From assembly GCA_012295275.1 (NCBI GenBank), contig CM022673.1, positions 20,398,001 to 20,462,000 on the forward strand: a stretch of 64,000 nt of DNA. The letters run 5' to 3'. Below are positions 13,230-26,542 of this stretch, one piece after another (within the stretch, counting starts at the first letter, position 1; the number at the start of each line of letters is the position of its first letter). Origin of the DNA: Chrysomallon squamiferum (Eukaryota > Animalia > Mollusca). Under the pieces are notes generated by a model, which worked only from the letters and a program-made list of their open reading frames with translations, ran no database searches and was not told the origin of the DNA. A program made the position numbers and the translations under genes.

Positions 13230-14473
13230 AATATATATATATATAAACCAATAATAAATGCTAAAAGTAGGTATTAATAGTAATAATAATTAAATAAACT
13301 GTTTTTAATTCCCAATATAAGTAAATAATTTGAGTTTTCTTTAACCTTCCGTAAAATGCAATGACGAGGACTAAAAGATAGTTTTAAATTATTGGACTGA
13401 TTTAATTAGCGACCAGGTTGTGGCGAGTTTCGCATGAAAAGCTAACTCACTTTCACGCGTCTCGACGCCACCATAGCTGCTAGGTACGTCAGGGAACATG
13501 TAAGAGGGGAGAGAACTGGATATTGGATCAAATACGCTGTGGGCGAGTCAAGAGGGAGGCGATATCTTTTTCCTACAAACGTTTAGAAATTCGCGCATGC
13601 GCACTTGCCTTCTTGTGTATCTAGAATAATGTAGTCAGTTATTTACAATGTCCCACAAACAGGAGTTCGCCTGAATAAAATTGTTTTGCATTTCAACAAA
13701 ACCAAAGGCCTAGGCCTCGAAGGTGGAGAGATTAAGAAGATAACGAGATAATAATAATACGGCCATAGGCCTAGTGCATGTATCATTTAACTGCATATAT
13801 CTTCTGTACATAGTATTGGCAGTGCAAAACTTCTAGTGCGCTTTTGATTCGAACGCGCTAATGATGCTTATCGCATGAAAAATACAACTGCAAAAGCATG
13901 GCCAAAATCATAATTTGCGGGGTTGTATCAAAACCCATCTTTGTATTGAATATATGCAATCATGCAGAACTATGTCTTCAGATATTTACCGCTTTAATCG
14001 ATGGGTTTTCCTTCGAAAAACAAGAGCAATTAATGATAAACTTTTCGTCCATCTTTAAAACAATGCACTGGTTAATTACAATAATTATGAATTGGCAAGG
14101 ACTAAGTGCGCATGCGTAAGTGTCAAAAAGCTGCACTGGTTAATTGCAGTATTCGTGACTTGGCAAGGAGTAAGTGCGCATTTCCTAATGTCAAAACATT
14201 CTTAAGGAAAAAATCAGGCAAGTGGGAGATTTTTACTACTATTTTTAACTTTGGAACTTTTGTATTGATATAACAACCGTTTGGCAGCGGGTTTCATTGA
14301 GAAACTTTTTCTCACTTAATTTTTATTGTGGTAATCTTCGCCATTAACGTCGTATTTATATTAACATAATTACATTGATTCTCCCGCGCTGATAACGATT
14401 TTAAATAGGTTTCGAAACAAACCTTAGATAATCTAGTCATTTAATTTCTTTTCTATATATATATATATATATA
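13230..14473. mobile_element. Unclassified ~1.2 kb insertion between (TA)n tracts, possibly a non-autonomous Helitron-like element
   Basis: Absent from the corresponding intron of the intact copy, GC-richer than its flanks, with an internal 68-bp tandem duplication (14064/14132). Small hairpin AGGTTT-N6-AAACCT (14407-14424) is followed by CTAG|T (14433-14437). No TIRs seen. Confidence 0.35.
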
Positions 14474-15208
14474 TCTTTGTAAATTACAGACAGACAGACA
14501 GACGGAGTGATACAAACGATTGCATATTGCTGGACTCCATTCTCCATTCACCAGACAAGTGAACTTGTTGTTGTACTTGTTTGCTATGTAGCCGCCGATA
14601 CAGACGAATAGTAGCTGTGTTGCAGTTGGTGCAGGTGGCGCCACGCTGGTAATGAGATGGCCACTGGAAACTGTAGGTGATGCAGAGCATTCTACAAAAA
14701 CACAAAAAGACTTTACTAATGAAAATAGTCATGTCAAACGTCATAACAGAACAGTTAAGTCAAACGAAATGGCTGGTAAAGGAATAGTTAGATCAATAAT
14801 AATAATAAAAAAACTGAAAAATATTAAGTCTATCAGTAATATTAATAAATGTTTTCAATGATTATTATTTAATATCACTAGGTAATTTATTAATTAATAA
14901 TTAGTGACAGCCATTCAATGTCAGCATTTAGACAAAGGAAAATTCTTTGTCTGCTAAACATATATTGATATATAATATTATTAATTTTAATTATAACAGT
15001 ATTGTTATGAATAATTTTGTTTTAGCTTCATGAAATATACAGACAACACGAGAGCAACGGATTTTGTGATTTGAGCTGGTTATATAATCCTGTCTACGTC
15101 TTCTTACCATTACTAAAACGCAGTAAGCATAAACATAGCATAAATATTTATTTATAGTGGGTAACCGGTATTATTTCTTTATACGAATTTACACTCATTT
15201 TCTAAATT

Positions 15209-15252
<44 letters not shown>

Positions 15253-15420
15253 TAATAATAATAACAACAACAACAACAACAACAACAATAATAATAATAA
15301 TAATAATAATATATTAAATAATTAATTAATTTTAATACTAAATATATCTTGAAATATTAGTAAGAAAAATATTCAGTAAAACCAAATAGCAAACAGAAGA
15401 GGTATCGGAGCCTATTAACA

Positions 15421-15424
<4 letters not shown>

Positions 15425-15499
<75 letters not shown>
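15425..15499. repeat. (CT)n microsatellite, intron 1 of GON gene copy A
   Basis: Pure CT run; equivalent at 47019-47105. Confidence 0.97.
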
Positions 15500-15502
<3 letters not shown>

Positions 15503-16293
15503 AAATCATAACTAAGACGAATTAAACCTGTAATACGATTTTAAAACTTATAATAATAATGACAGTATTCATAAACAAACAAAAATCTTCTCACCTGCCT
15601 TCTTTCTGTAGTAGACATTTCCAGCGCTCAGTTCTGAACCTTCAGACGACACGTAGATTTTCGAATTGAGCCGGCAAGTCTTGCTGTTTTTGTTGTAGAA
15701 GAAAGAGGTGCAATTTGTGTAAAACCTGCTACACTTTATAGAACATTCTCCTGCATTTACATCGTTCGTTTTCACAGCTAAATTTCCATCAGATATTTTA
15801 ACATCTGAATAATTTGGGTCTTTGATAAACAGAATGTTGTTTTCGGAAACGGAGGCCTCTGTAGAAAAAATAAATCTTTGAATTAAAAATGACAGGTATG
15901 AAAAGATACATATTTCAGAAGGTGCGCAGTTAGCTGATCTGCGGTAAATATCAGCTGTGTGTGATTTCTGACTGCTCACACGTACAACAAATCGACTGCT
16001 TAGAGACATCGATTTAATAATAAATATTTCATTTATGCATTTTTTATCCCATTGTTTTACATTTACTTCTACATTAATGGTTCTATGAAAGGTATTAAAA
16101 TAACAGTTAAGATCAAAATAATAACGTGCTCGATATGGCTAATCTGTTGCAGTAATCTTTTCTTTATTGAAATATAGAATTAGTTATAAAAAATTTAATT
16201 ACAAAATACTAAACAAAAATATGTTTTAAATAATGAAAGTAAACAGTAATATATTATTAAATAATACAGGTCTGACATTTTCAGTTTTTATTC

Positions 16294-16326
<33 letters not shown>

Positions 16327-18022
16327 TTTATTTATTTATTTATTTATTTTTGTGTTTGATTTTATTCATCTTTCCCCTAAACAAATAAATAATGTTTTCT
16401 GAATAACAGAGACAAATGCATTGTAACTGTATGTCAATTAATGTAAACGCTTTTATATTATTGTGTTTTATTGTTGCGATTTCTTTCTTTTTCTTTGTTT
16501 CATTTATTTATTTAGTTTTTTAACTTTTTCAGATGAATAGTCATTATCAATAATATTTAAAATAAACAAAATAAAATAAATAAATATGTAAATAAATTAG
16601 TAAGTAAACTGAATTGAAGACACTAAGATTAAGAAAACAGAAAGATGATTAAAATCCATCACAATATCTATTCACCGATGTAGGCCTACTTTTTAAATCA
16701 ACAACAAAATCAACAGCAAACAAACAGACGAAACGAAACACTGAAATACTCATTAAGTATTTAACATTTTTTCTCGGGTATAAACTGTGTGACCCAGTAA
16801 AAGTTTATTTCTCCTCACTCGTGGAAACCAGAATACTGTGTCTACAGATTAGAACAAAACTATGTAGAATTATTTATACAGTGCATATCGTAAACTATTT
16901 TGTCTTAAGAAGTAAGAAGAGAATATTCATATTTAAAAATATATAAAAACCTTGGTGTATTAAAAACAAACAAAAAACAAGCACAAAACAAACACAAAAC
17001 AAAACAAACAAAACTATTACTACTACTACTACTACTACTAACAATAATAATAGTAATAATAATATCGATAACAATAACAAAAAGTATAACGAATAAAAAA
17101 AAAAAATCATAAATTAATAAAAGAAGCAAAATATAGCAAAGTAATAACCAAACACACACATATACACAGCACAAAATAAAGCAATAAAGAATCATATAAA
17201 TAAATAAATAGAATGAAAAAAATCTAAATATAACAGCAGTAATGAAACAACACATTCAAACACAGGCAAAAAAAAAGTCAAAAAAAAAAGAATAAATAAA
17301 AGAGAATAGCAACAGAACAAAACAACGAAAACTAAACAACAAAAAAAACCTATAATCATTAAAAATAAAATAAAATGAAAATAAAAAAAAAAAAAAAAAA
17401 AAAAAAAACAAACAATATATTTCTTATTCATTCTGTTATTCAGTATTAATTTATTTCACATTCATTGACTCTTTATTCATATTCATTCACAATGCCAGGC
17501 GTTGCAAGAGGGACAACAGTAAAAGAACTAAAGTTTTGCAGAATGTAGTTTCATTAATAAATTAATGAATCGTCTCTCTGGGGATGATACAGTTTAAATG
17601 TTGTTAATACCCTATTCATTGAACTGAACACGACTGTCTATCTGAACGTTAACCATATTATTGTCTGCGGTCTTAAGATTACTTTTTAATTCAACAATGT
17701 TGAAAATGTAGAGCGTTACAAACAATTATACGGACTTATTAAATTCTATAATTCTGTTTAGTTTTGTATACCTGTTAATTCGAAAGGTATCGGGATTCTA
17801 ATGAACACTTATGTTTATTCAGTAACAGGCGAATAACAACAGCAAAACTGTCGACTTTTATTGTAATATTTATGTTTGGTAACTGTGGTCTATGTTTCCT
17901 AACTGAATGAGAAAAAAAATCAATTTCCAATTATACGAATCAATATATTTTTCAAATGTATTTACGGATTTACTGTTAGTAGCTATACGGTATAATAATA
18001 TGCTACATTTCGCAAAGTCACG

Positions 18023-18128
<106 letters not shown>

Positions 18129-18258
18129 AACATATACACATACATTTTTTAACTACTGCAGCCAAATTTGTATGATCCAGAAACACAGAGAGGGAACAAA
18201 AATAATTTTAAAGAATCTTTAAATTGTCATATTAAAGATACATTTCTGGTTAATAATA

Positions 18259-18799
18259 TATGGCGAAGCTGCTGATTGTTATGCTAGGGCTAATGAGATG
18301 TTGAAGTGGGGACTTAAAGGAACCTTTAACATCGATTTGTCAGGAACAGGACTCAGTGTAGGTCCTCAGGTTTAAAGAAACAGCTTTTTAATTTCGTTTC
18401 CCAATTAAGTTTTTTATTTATTTTTTTTTTTTTTTTTGTTAACTTACTCGATTTAGAGAGTAGTGTAATAATATTTACGAGTTATACAGAAAATTAACAA
18501 TAATCTAGAATAAAATAATGATCAGCACATAAACTCAAGGTAGTCTGTATTGTAATAATGCTTTGGAATTATTGGTGTATTTATATTTTCTTCCTTCCAC
18601 ATGTATATGATATCCGTCCGTTTATTTTCTAATTTTAGGAGGTGTTTATAGATATGGGTATATGTACAGCGCTGAAATTAAAAGGTGTGCAAACGACATC
18701 AAGATAGATGTCCGGTGCGGGAGTTTTCCTGGATTTTCTTTTCCTGAAGATCCGCTATTGTTGAATATATTTTAGCCGCAAGATTGTTGCAATCGTTAA
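18259..18799 (+). pseudogene. Plus-strand GON paralog relic (unit 2): 3' part of exon 4 and exon 5
   Basis: 18259-18369 reads YGEAADCYARANEMLKWGLKGTFNIDLSGTGLSVGPQ|gt (cf. YGEANDCY...CGPKGTFTIDVSGTGLQIDPL). Exon 5 relic starts at 18639 with the same frameshift as the 2678 copy. Confidence 0.8.
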
Positions 18800-21201
18800 T
18801 ATTTTCTAGATTTTCACTGCTTTTAGATGGAACATACGATAATCGGTGATACTGCACAAACGCACAAATATTTTAACGAATTTTATTAACTGTTTATTAC
18901 AGCTTGTTTTTATCAAAACCAGATGATTTTGGTTATTGTTTCCAGCATGGGTTTAATAGCTTCGAAGTACAGGGCAAATATGAATACTAGATTTTCATTT
19001 TATTGATGTAATTATACTTCTGACACATTTTAATTCCTTCAGACGCAAGTCCTGCCCGTCGAGAAATAAAGATAAAGTGGATGAAATAGAATATAAGGGA
19101 AGACAGAATAAGTCATTGTATTTAAAATGATGACAACACAAATATGTAATCAGAAAACTTTGTCGTTAGTATAGGGATTTACTTCAGTATTTTGCACATG
19201 CGAATCACTGAAGACTGGCACCCTTCTCTTTTATTTCACATTTAATAGCTATTTTATTTCTGTTCAAAACTGGGGTTTTTATCTTCTTTGTTCCTAACAT
19301 TTTAGTTTGGCTTATCTAAAAAGACAGCCATTTGTTTCACTCTATCTAATTTACAACACGTTCTTATTCTTAGTTAATTTAACGATATATTTTCTTAGCG
19401 GCAACGATAACTTTCCAATAGACTCGTAAGATTTTGTCTATACAAATATTATAATTAAAAGCGGAATAAATAACCCAACCCATTTGCAAATATGTGACAT
19501 TTAAGAAACATTCTAGAAACATATAAGACAAATTAATAGCATGATAAACAGAATATTTCCATAAATAACATTAACTAAGATTATGTGAAACAAAAATTAA
19601 AAGGAAAATGCACTTATCTGTAACTTAATGATTTTTATCGTGTAAATAAATTACAAAGAATGAAATCGCTTGGATAATTAATTACACTATAAAGTAAGAA
19701 CAAAAGTTATTGATATTTGAATTAGGTCATCACAGTGCTGAAATAAAAACATTAAAAGTGTACTGTTCCTAGTGTTGTTGTTATTGTTGTTGTTGTTATT
19801 TATTTACTGATTCATTGATTTCTTGATGTTGTTTATCTTCTTCTTTTTGTTATTTTTCATTATAATTTTATTTTATTCTTATCTATTTTGCTTTATTCTT
19901 ATTAATTTTAATTTTTTTCTCCTAAAATACCGTTGTCATCATAATGTAGCGATATACAGATTGTTTCGTTTAATTTGTATTTGTTACAAGTTTATTAATT
20001 GTTTGGAAAATACTCGACTTAAAAAGTTAAAGTCATAATTATAATAAAATAAGTAAATAAAAAACAAAACAATAAGAACAACAATAACAACAACAACAAT
20101 AATAATAATCATAATAATACTAAACAATAAATAATAACCATTATTTTTATAATATTGAACCTAGTATTCGAATAAATGATCGATATCTATTATGAAAATT
20201 TCTTAAGTTACGTTAGAAAATACAGTTGAAGAACAATGCAGGTATATCAATGCAGGTATATACCTGAAAGCTTAAATCTTTAAGGGATTAAATTAAAAAG
20301 GAAACTAAAAAGCACTCTTCCATTTAAAAAAATATATCAAATTTTCTTTTAGCAGCAGAAAAGAAATGTATTGGATTTTGAAAAAAATATTAACAGTGAA
20401 AGAATAAACAAATGACCCAGTCGAAGTGTAGTGCCTGTCCCCTAAACAAGGTTATTTTAATATGAATACTATAATGAGATTAATTCTAGTTACAGTCATA
20501 AAGCATAGCTACCACTTCAAAGAGATCTGTTTCCGTTTCATTCAATCACTTTCACCTGAGACGTGGATGTACTAATGGCTTACGATTTGAAGTCAGTGTG
20601 GTGTCAAAAAGCAAAACAAACGTCTTTTGGAAATTTCCGTTAATACGGCCTACTTGAAGAACATAACTTCTTCTACTTTGAAAATGTTTTCTTTAATTGA
20701 ATTAATCCCTGGAACATGAGTCCGAGACCGTTATCAGTAACAGCCACAAAGCATAGCTGAAATATACTGTAGAGATCTGCACAAGAGACAGAGGTGCGAG
20801 TGAAGAAACTATTAATTCCGAAACTGTTAGAAGTCATAATAACAAGTCAAAAAATCAAAATTGAAAAGGAAAACAATTGTTGCTGCAACGTTCTCTCTGC
20901 AAATAAATGACAGTTCGCTTACATTAAGAAATCGAGTTATAAAAATACTATTTTATCATTTTTCGTGTGTAAAATGATAAAGAATTACTGCTCTCTTCTG
21001 TGATGCTTACGCAAAAAAACATTCTGATTTATAATTGGATGAATAATGTATCGACATAATGATTAGCTAATCTTCCATTTATTGAAATGATAAATGTAAA
21101 CAGACGCATGACTATTTAGTAGGCGGAGTTTATTTTCAAAATATAAAAGCATTCATTTTGAAGTATCAGCAGTGTTGAAGCGTCTCAGATTAAAATAAAT
21201 A

Positions 21202-21233
<32 letters not shown>

Positions 21234-22162
21234 GATAATGATGACGATGATGATGATAATAATAATAATGATAATAATAATAATGATGATGATGATAATA
21301 ATGATAAAGATCATTTCAATAATTTCGTTTTTAAATTCAGTCTTATGTGGATATTGGAAAAACTTGCATTTCCTTCTGTGAAATCTGTTAGAAATAATAA
21401 TAACATGTAACAAAAATCGAAAACTGAAAAGGAAAACAAAAGTTGCTGCAACGATTCCTCTCTGCAAATGAATGCCACTTCGCTAACATTAAGAACTCCA
21501 GTTATCAAAATTTTTGGTTTATAGAGTGCCAAAGCCACACAAAAAACCATTCTGATGCGAAAAACCATTTTCATTTATGATTGGATGAAAAATATATGGA
21601 CATTTATTGAAATGATAAATACAGAGACACATGACTATTTAGTAGGCGGGGTTTATTTTACGAATAAATATAAGAGCATTCATTTTAAAGTATCAGCAAC
21701 GTCTCAGATTAAAATAAATATGTAAATAATAATAATAATAATAAAGACGATCTCAATAATTCAGTCTTCTGTGGATTTGGAAAAAAATTCATTTTCTTCT
21801 GCGACAGTGAATCTGTAATACGTAACAAGGTAGTAGAAAGCTGTAAGTATTATACTGATATTATAAATGAGATTGTAAAGCGTATGTAGACTAAATAATT
21901 TAATAAAGAAATAAAGTAATTTTCATAAATATAATAATTCGAATTAGTTTTGGCGTTGTTATTGTTGCTGTTGTTGCTGTCGAAGTTCATGTTTTATTTC
22001 GTTCACAGTGATGTCATTGTTATTGAAGGCAATTCCTTTATATTTCAATTCCGAGTATTTCTGACGTTTAAATGTTGCGGAAATTAGTTTTCAGTGGAAA
22101 CATGAGCAGCTAGAAAAATGACTGCGATGTTATTTACAAAGAATTAGCATCTCTTTCACCAC

Positions 22163-22265
<103 letters not shown>

Positions 22266-22467
22266 AATCAACATGACAAACCACTTCAAAATCGAAATAG
22301 AATCCTTATAGTTCTTCGCAACACAAACTTTGTAATAAATATGATCACAAATACTGATGTTTTAACTTTTCTCTGTGATAGAATATTACATTTCTCTTTC
22401 TAATTTTGTTTAAAATATACAACTTTACACGTATCTTATTGACTTCTTTTTCAGTTTCAGTATAAAG

Positions 22468-23483
22468 ATGAGCAGCGAGGAATATGACTGTGAAGCTATT
22501 TACAACAAATTAGCAGCTTCTTCACCAGCGCCTCTGACTGACACTCAGATAGAACTCTATTGTGTATTTCAGCTCTTTTTATTGCTGTTACAATAACTGG
22601 TAACAGTCTCGTTATAACATCTATATTAAAATTTCCTTACCTGCGCAAACGTCAGAACGTCCATGTGGCGGTACTGGCTCTAGCAGATATGGGTCTGGCA
22701 ATTTTCGTCATGCCTCTTCACATATATGAAAGATGGAATGGAAAGTTTGATTTGCCACAATGGGTTTGTGTCTTCAGAAATATTTTTGATGGTGCTTTGA
22801 ATCAGATTTCCATCTTAAATCTGTGCATTCTTTCCGTCGAGCGCTATCTTGCTGTTTGCCGCCCTTTCACTTATCAGAAAATTACTCCCACCATAACTGC
22901 ATGTACAGCAATTTTTAGCTGGGCTTTTCCTTTGTCTACTATGGCAGTTTACTTCGGTCCTGGAATGAACGTGATTGGAATGGAAGATTATGATTTCTGT
23001 GTTTCGAAAGCACAAATCTGTTTGTATCTTCAGACTGAATGGAGTATGTATGTACACGTCGTGTATGTTGCCGCTGTACCAATGACGATTATTCTGATCC
23101 TCTACGTGAAAATATTCCAGAAGGCAAAAGAGCACGCCCGTGCAATCCGATCTTTGACCGTTACGGAGGATGATAAGAAAAATAGAAAAGCTTTTACAGG
23201 AAACACGAAGGCAGCTCGCACAATCTCAGTTATTGTTGGCGTGTTCTATTTCTGTTGGTTGCCTCTTCTCATTCTTTCTATGGTGGATGCTAGTACTGAA
23301 TACCAAGTCATTCCGACTATAATTATGATTTTGTTTCTTTGGCTGGCATATCTAAACTCGTTGATGAATCCATTCCTGTATTATCTGTTCAGTCAGGATT
23401 TCAAAACAGCTTTCAGGCAGATTTTCAATTGCAAGCCAAGAGCAGTTACAGACATAACTTTAGCACCTACAAACACTGCTTAG
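22468..23483 (+). pseudogene. Aminergic/TAAR-like GPCR copy 2, frameshifted (pseudogene or homopolymer sequencing error)
   Basis: True ATG at 22468; span is 1016 nt vs 1017 in copies 1 and 3. CTC TTC TTT ATT is here CTC TTTTT ATT (22576-22580), giving TAA at 22594-22596 after 42 aa. The remainder is an open frame with all GPCR motifs. Confidence 0.85.
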
Positions 23484-24167
23484 TAAAAAGAATTTCATAA
23501 CATATATACATATAATTATATCACTAGTGAAATAGTATACTGTTATTGTTGTTGTTGCTGTTCTTGTTTTTGAGGGGTTTTTGGTTGTTGTTGTTTTTTG
23601 TTTTTTTTATTTTATAGTTGTCTTGATACGTAGAATTTTTTTATTTGTAAAATCAATGTTAAATGTTTCGATTAATGACATTTTATTCATTATGAATTTG
23701 TTTCGTGAATAATTCTGCTTTTATTTTGTTAGAAATTAATTATATTAATAGCAATAATGCATGGCTGAACAAATCCTTCAAGAAATGTAGAGAACATAAA
23801 GTATACATCACTGTAGCATTGCAAGACATAGCAGTTAGGGTCGCGCGGATTGTAACTTTTAAAATAACGTTAGTGTACAATTTTGTACTAGATTCAAAAC
23901 TCATTCAGAATGCAAATAAGAGGTAACGTTATAGTCCGAAACCTACGTTACCTACATTCTGTATTCTAGAAAGTAAAAGCTCCGCACTTATTTTTGTAAT
24001 TGCATTCACGAATTTTAGATCATATGTACATACATAAACACACATACAAATATACATAATCTATGTACATTGTAATGAATTGTAATATATCTTATTTTTG
24101 ATTCAATAAAACAGTACGAATTTCCTGAAAACTAGAAATAGTGCGAGAACAGGCTACATATAACATA

Positions 24168-24480
24168 CAGAGGTACCTCGAGTTACGAGTGCTCCAACTT
24201 ACGAGTATTTCGAGTTACAAGCAGCAGCACGTTAGATTTTGTCTTCGAGTTGCGAGCCAAAATCCGAGTCACGAGCGAACTTCAGACACGCCGGACAACA
24301 CCACATTCGCCCAGCACCCCGCCTCTTACTCGTTTCGTCACGTGGTTGTAACTATATAACGGAAACAGTTGTCTGCTTTTTCTCTTTCTTTTTCCACATG
24401 TGGGAACAACAGCGGTGTTTTCAGCTGGCTCTGAAATTAAATATAATTGTGTATCAGATGAACAGTAAAGTACTTTAAAT
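24168..24480 (+). mobile_element. pogo/Tigger-like (Tc1/mariner superfamily) element left end
   Basis: TA|CAGAGGTACCTCGAGTTACGAG with repeated (CGAG/ACT)TTACGAG subterminal motifs, as in pogo/Tigger-type ends. Downstream part recurs at ~11140-11240 and ~42190-42290 without this end. No right TIR found. Confidence 0.5.
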
Positions 24481-24892
24481 GTTTTCGAGAAAAGAGAAAT
24501 TGTTTTAAAAATCAACATTATGCAGTCTCTATCAACAAAAATTAAATCAGAGTACGTTTTCTTCATTCTATTTTCAAGCATTAAATTAAGTTCAAACTGA
24601 GTGGTGAATTGTCCAGTTTTGTTTGTAAATACATCGATAGTAATTTAGTACGTAAGAGTGTAGTAGAATTTACGTTTATCAAAATTTCATTAATAGATAA
24701 ACAATAATAAATAAACAAAAATTTATATCAGTGTTATTTGATATGTATTTTATATGTATGTATATTATTTTGAAAGAATATATGTACGTGTGTATACATG
24801 TATATATGTATGTATTATGTAAGTATATATAATTATGTGTAGTTTTGTATGTATGTATGATTGAGCGCATTGTGTGCATGTATTGTATATAG

Positions 24893-25068
24893 AACATCCT
24901 CCAGACCACCCTCGGATCTAACTTTGTTTTCACTGCCAAATTTCCATCAGATATTTTAATATCTGAATAATCTGGGTCTTTGATAAACAGAATATTGCCT
25001 TCGCAAACGGAGGCCTCTGTAGAAAAAAATAAACTTTGAATAAAAACGACAGGTATGAGAAGATACAT
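24893..25068 (-). pseudogene. PAN-CCP-GON deletion remnant (copy C): half of exon 1 fused to part of exon 5
   Basis: MYLLIPVVFIQSLFFSTEASVCEGNILFIKDPDYSDIKISDGNLAVKT is followed directly by acaaagttagatc-cgagggtggtctggaggatgtt, which matches exon 5 (acaaagatagatctgctgtgcggaggatggcctggaggatgtt). Confidence 0.8.
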
Positions 25069-25500
25069 ATTTCAGAAGGTGCGCAGTTAGCTGATTTGTG
25101 GTAAATGTCAGCTGTGTGTGATTTCTGACTGCTTTGACGTACAACAAATCGACTGCTTAGAGACATCGATTTAATAATAAATATTTCATTTACGCATTTT
25201 TTTTCCTATTGTTATAAGTTCACGTCTACAGCATATTTCAGTGGTTCTATGAAAGGTAGTAAAATGACAATTAAGATTTTAAAAAATAACGTGAACGGTT
25301 TTACTTAGAACACATGCTCGATATGGCCAGTCTATTACAGTAATCGTACATATATTCTTTACTGAAATATCGAATTAGCTATAAAAAAAAAAAAATTATA
25401 AAATATTGAAGAAAAATCTGTTTAAAATAATGAAAGTAAACAGTAATATATTATTAAATAACTGAGGTATAAAATTTTCAGTTTTCATTAATGATAGCAA

Positions 25501-25534
<34 letters not shown>

Positions 25535-25991
25535 TAATAATAATAATTTTATTTATTTATTTATTTACTTACTTACTTACTTATTTATTTTTGTATTTGA
25601 TTTTATTCATCATTCCCCTAAACAAATGAATAATGTTTTCTGAATAACAGAGACAAATGCATTGCAATTGAATATCAATTAATATAAATGCGTTTATATT
25701 GTTGTATTGTGTATGTGTTTTAACATCTTAAACTGTTTTGTCTTAATAGAAAATTCATAAAACCTGGATGTATTCAAAACAAACAAACAAACCAACAAAA
25801 ACTAATAATAATAATAATAATAATAACAACAACAACAACAACAACAATAATACTAACAAAAAGTATAACAAATAAAGAAAAAAATTAAAAGAATAAACAT
25901 AAATAAATAAAAGAAGCAAAATATAACAAGTAACAACCAAGCACACACAAACACATACATATACACAACACAGAATAAATAAATAAATACA

Positions 25992-26038
<47 letters not shown>

Positions 26039-26542
26039 ACAATTAAATAAAATAAAAATATAAAAATATAACAACAGTAATGAAACAAAACACACATTCA
26101 AGCACACAGAAAGAAAAAAGAAAAAAGAATAACAACAGAACAAAACAACGAAAACTAAACAACAACAACAACAAAAATGTAGAGTTTTATAAACAATTAT
26201 ACGGGCTTATTGAATGCTAGAATTCTGTTTCGTTTTGTATATTTGTTAATTCGAAAGGTATCAGGATTCTAAAGAACATTTATGTTTATTCAGAACTAGG
26301 CGAATAACAGCAGCAAAACTATCGACTTTCACTGTAATATTCATGTTTGGTAATTTCATGCAGAGCGCTGAATAAGAAAAAACAAACATTTTGGAATCAT
26401 ACGAATCATCCCAATACATTTTATATACGTATCATTATTTTACAACGATTTTAATATTCTTCAAAAGTATTTATACATTTACTATAGCTGTAAGGTATAA
26501 TATGCTATTTTTTGCAAAGTCAAGAATTATTACATATTAATG

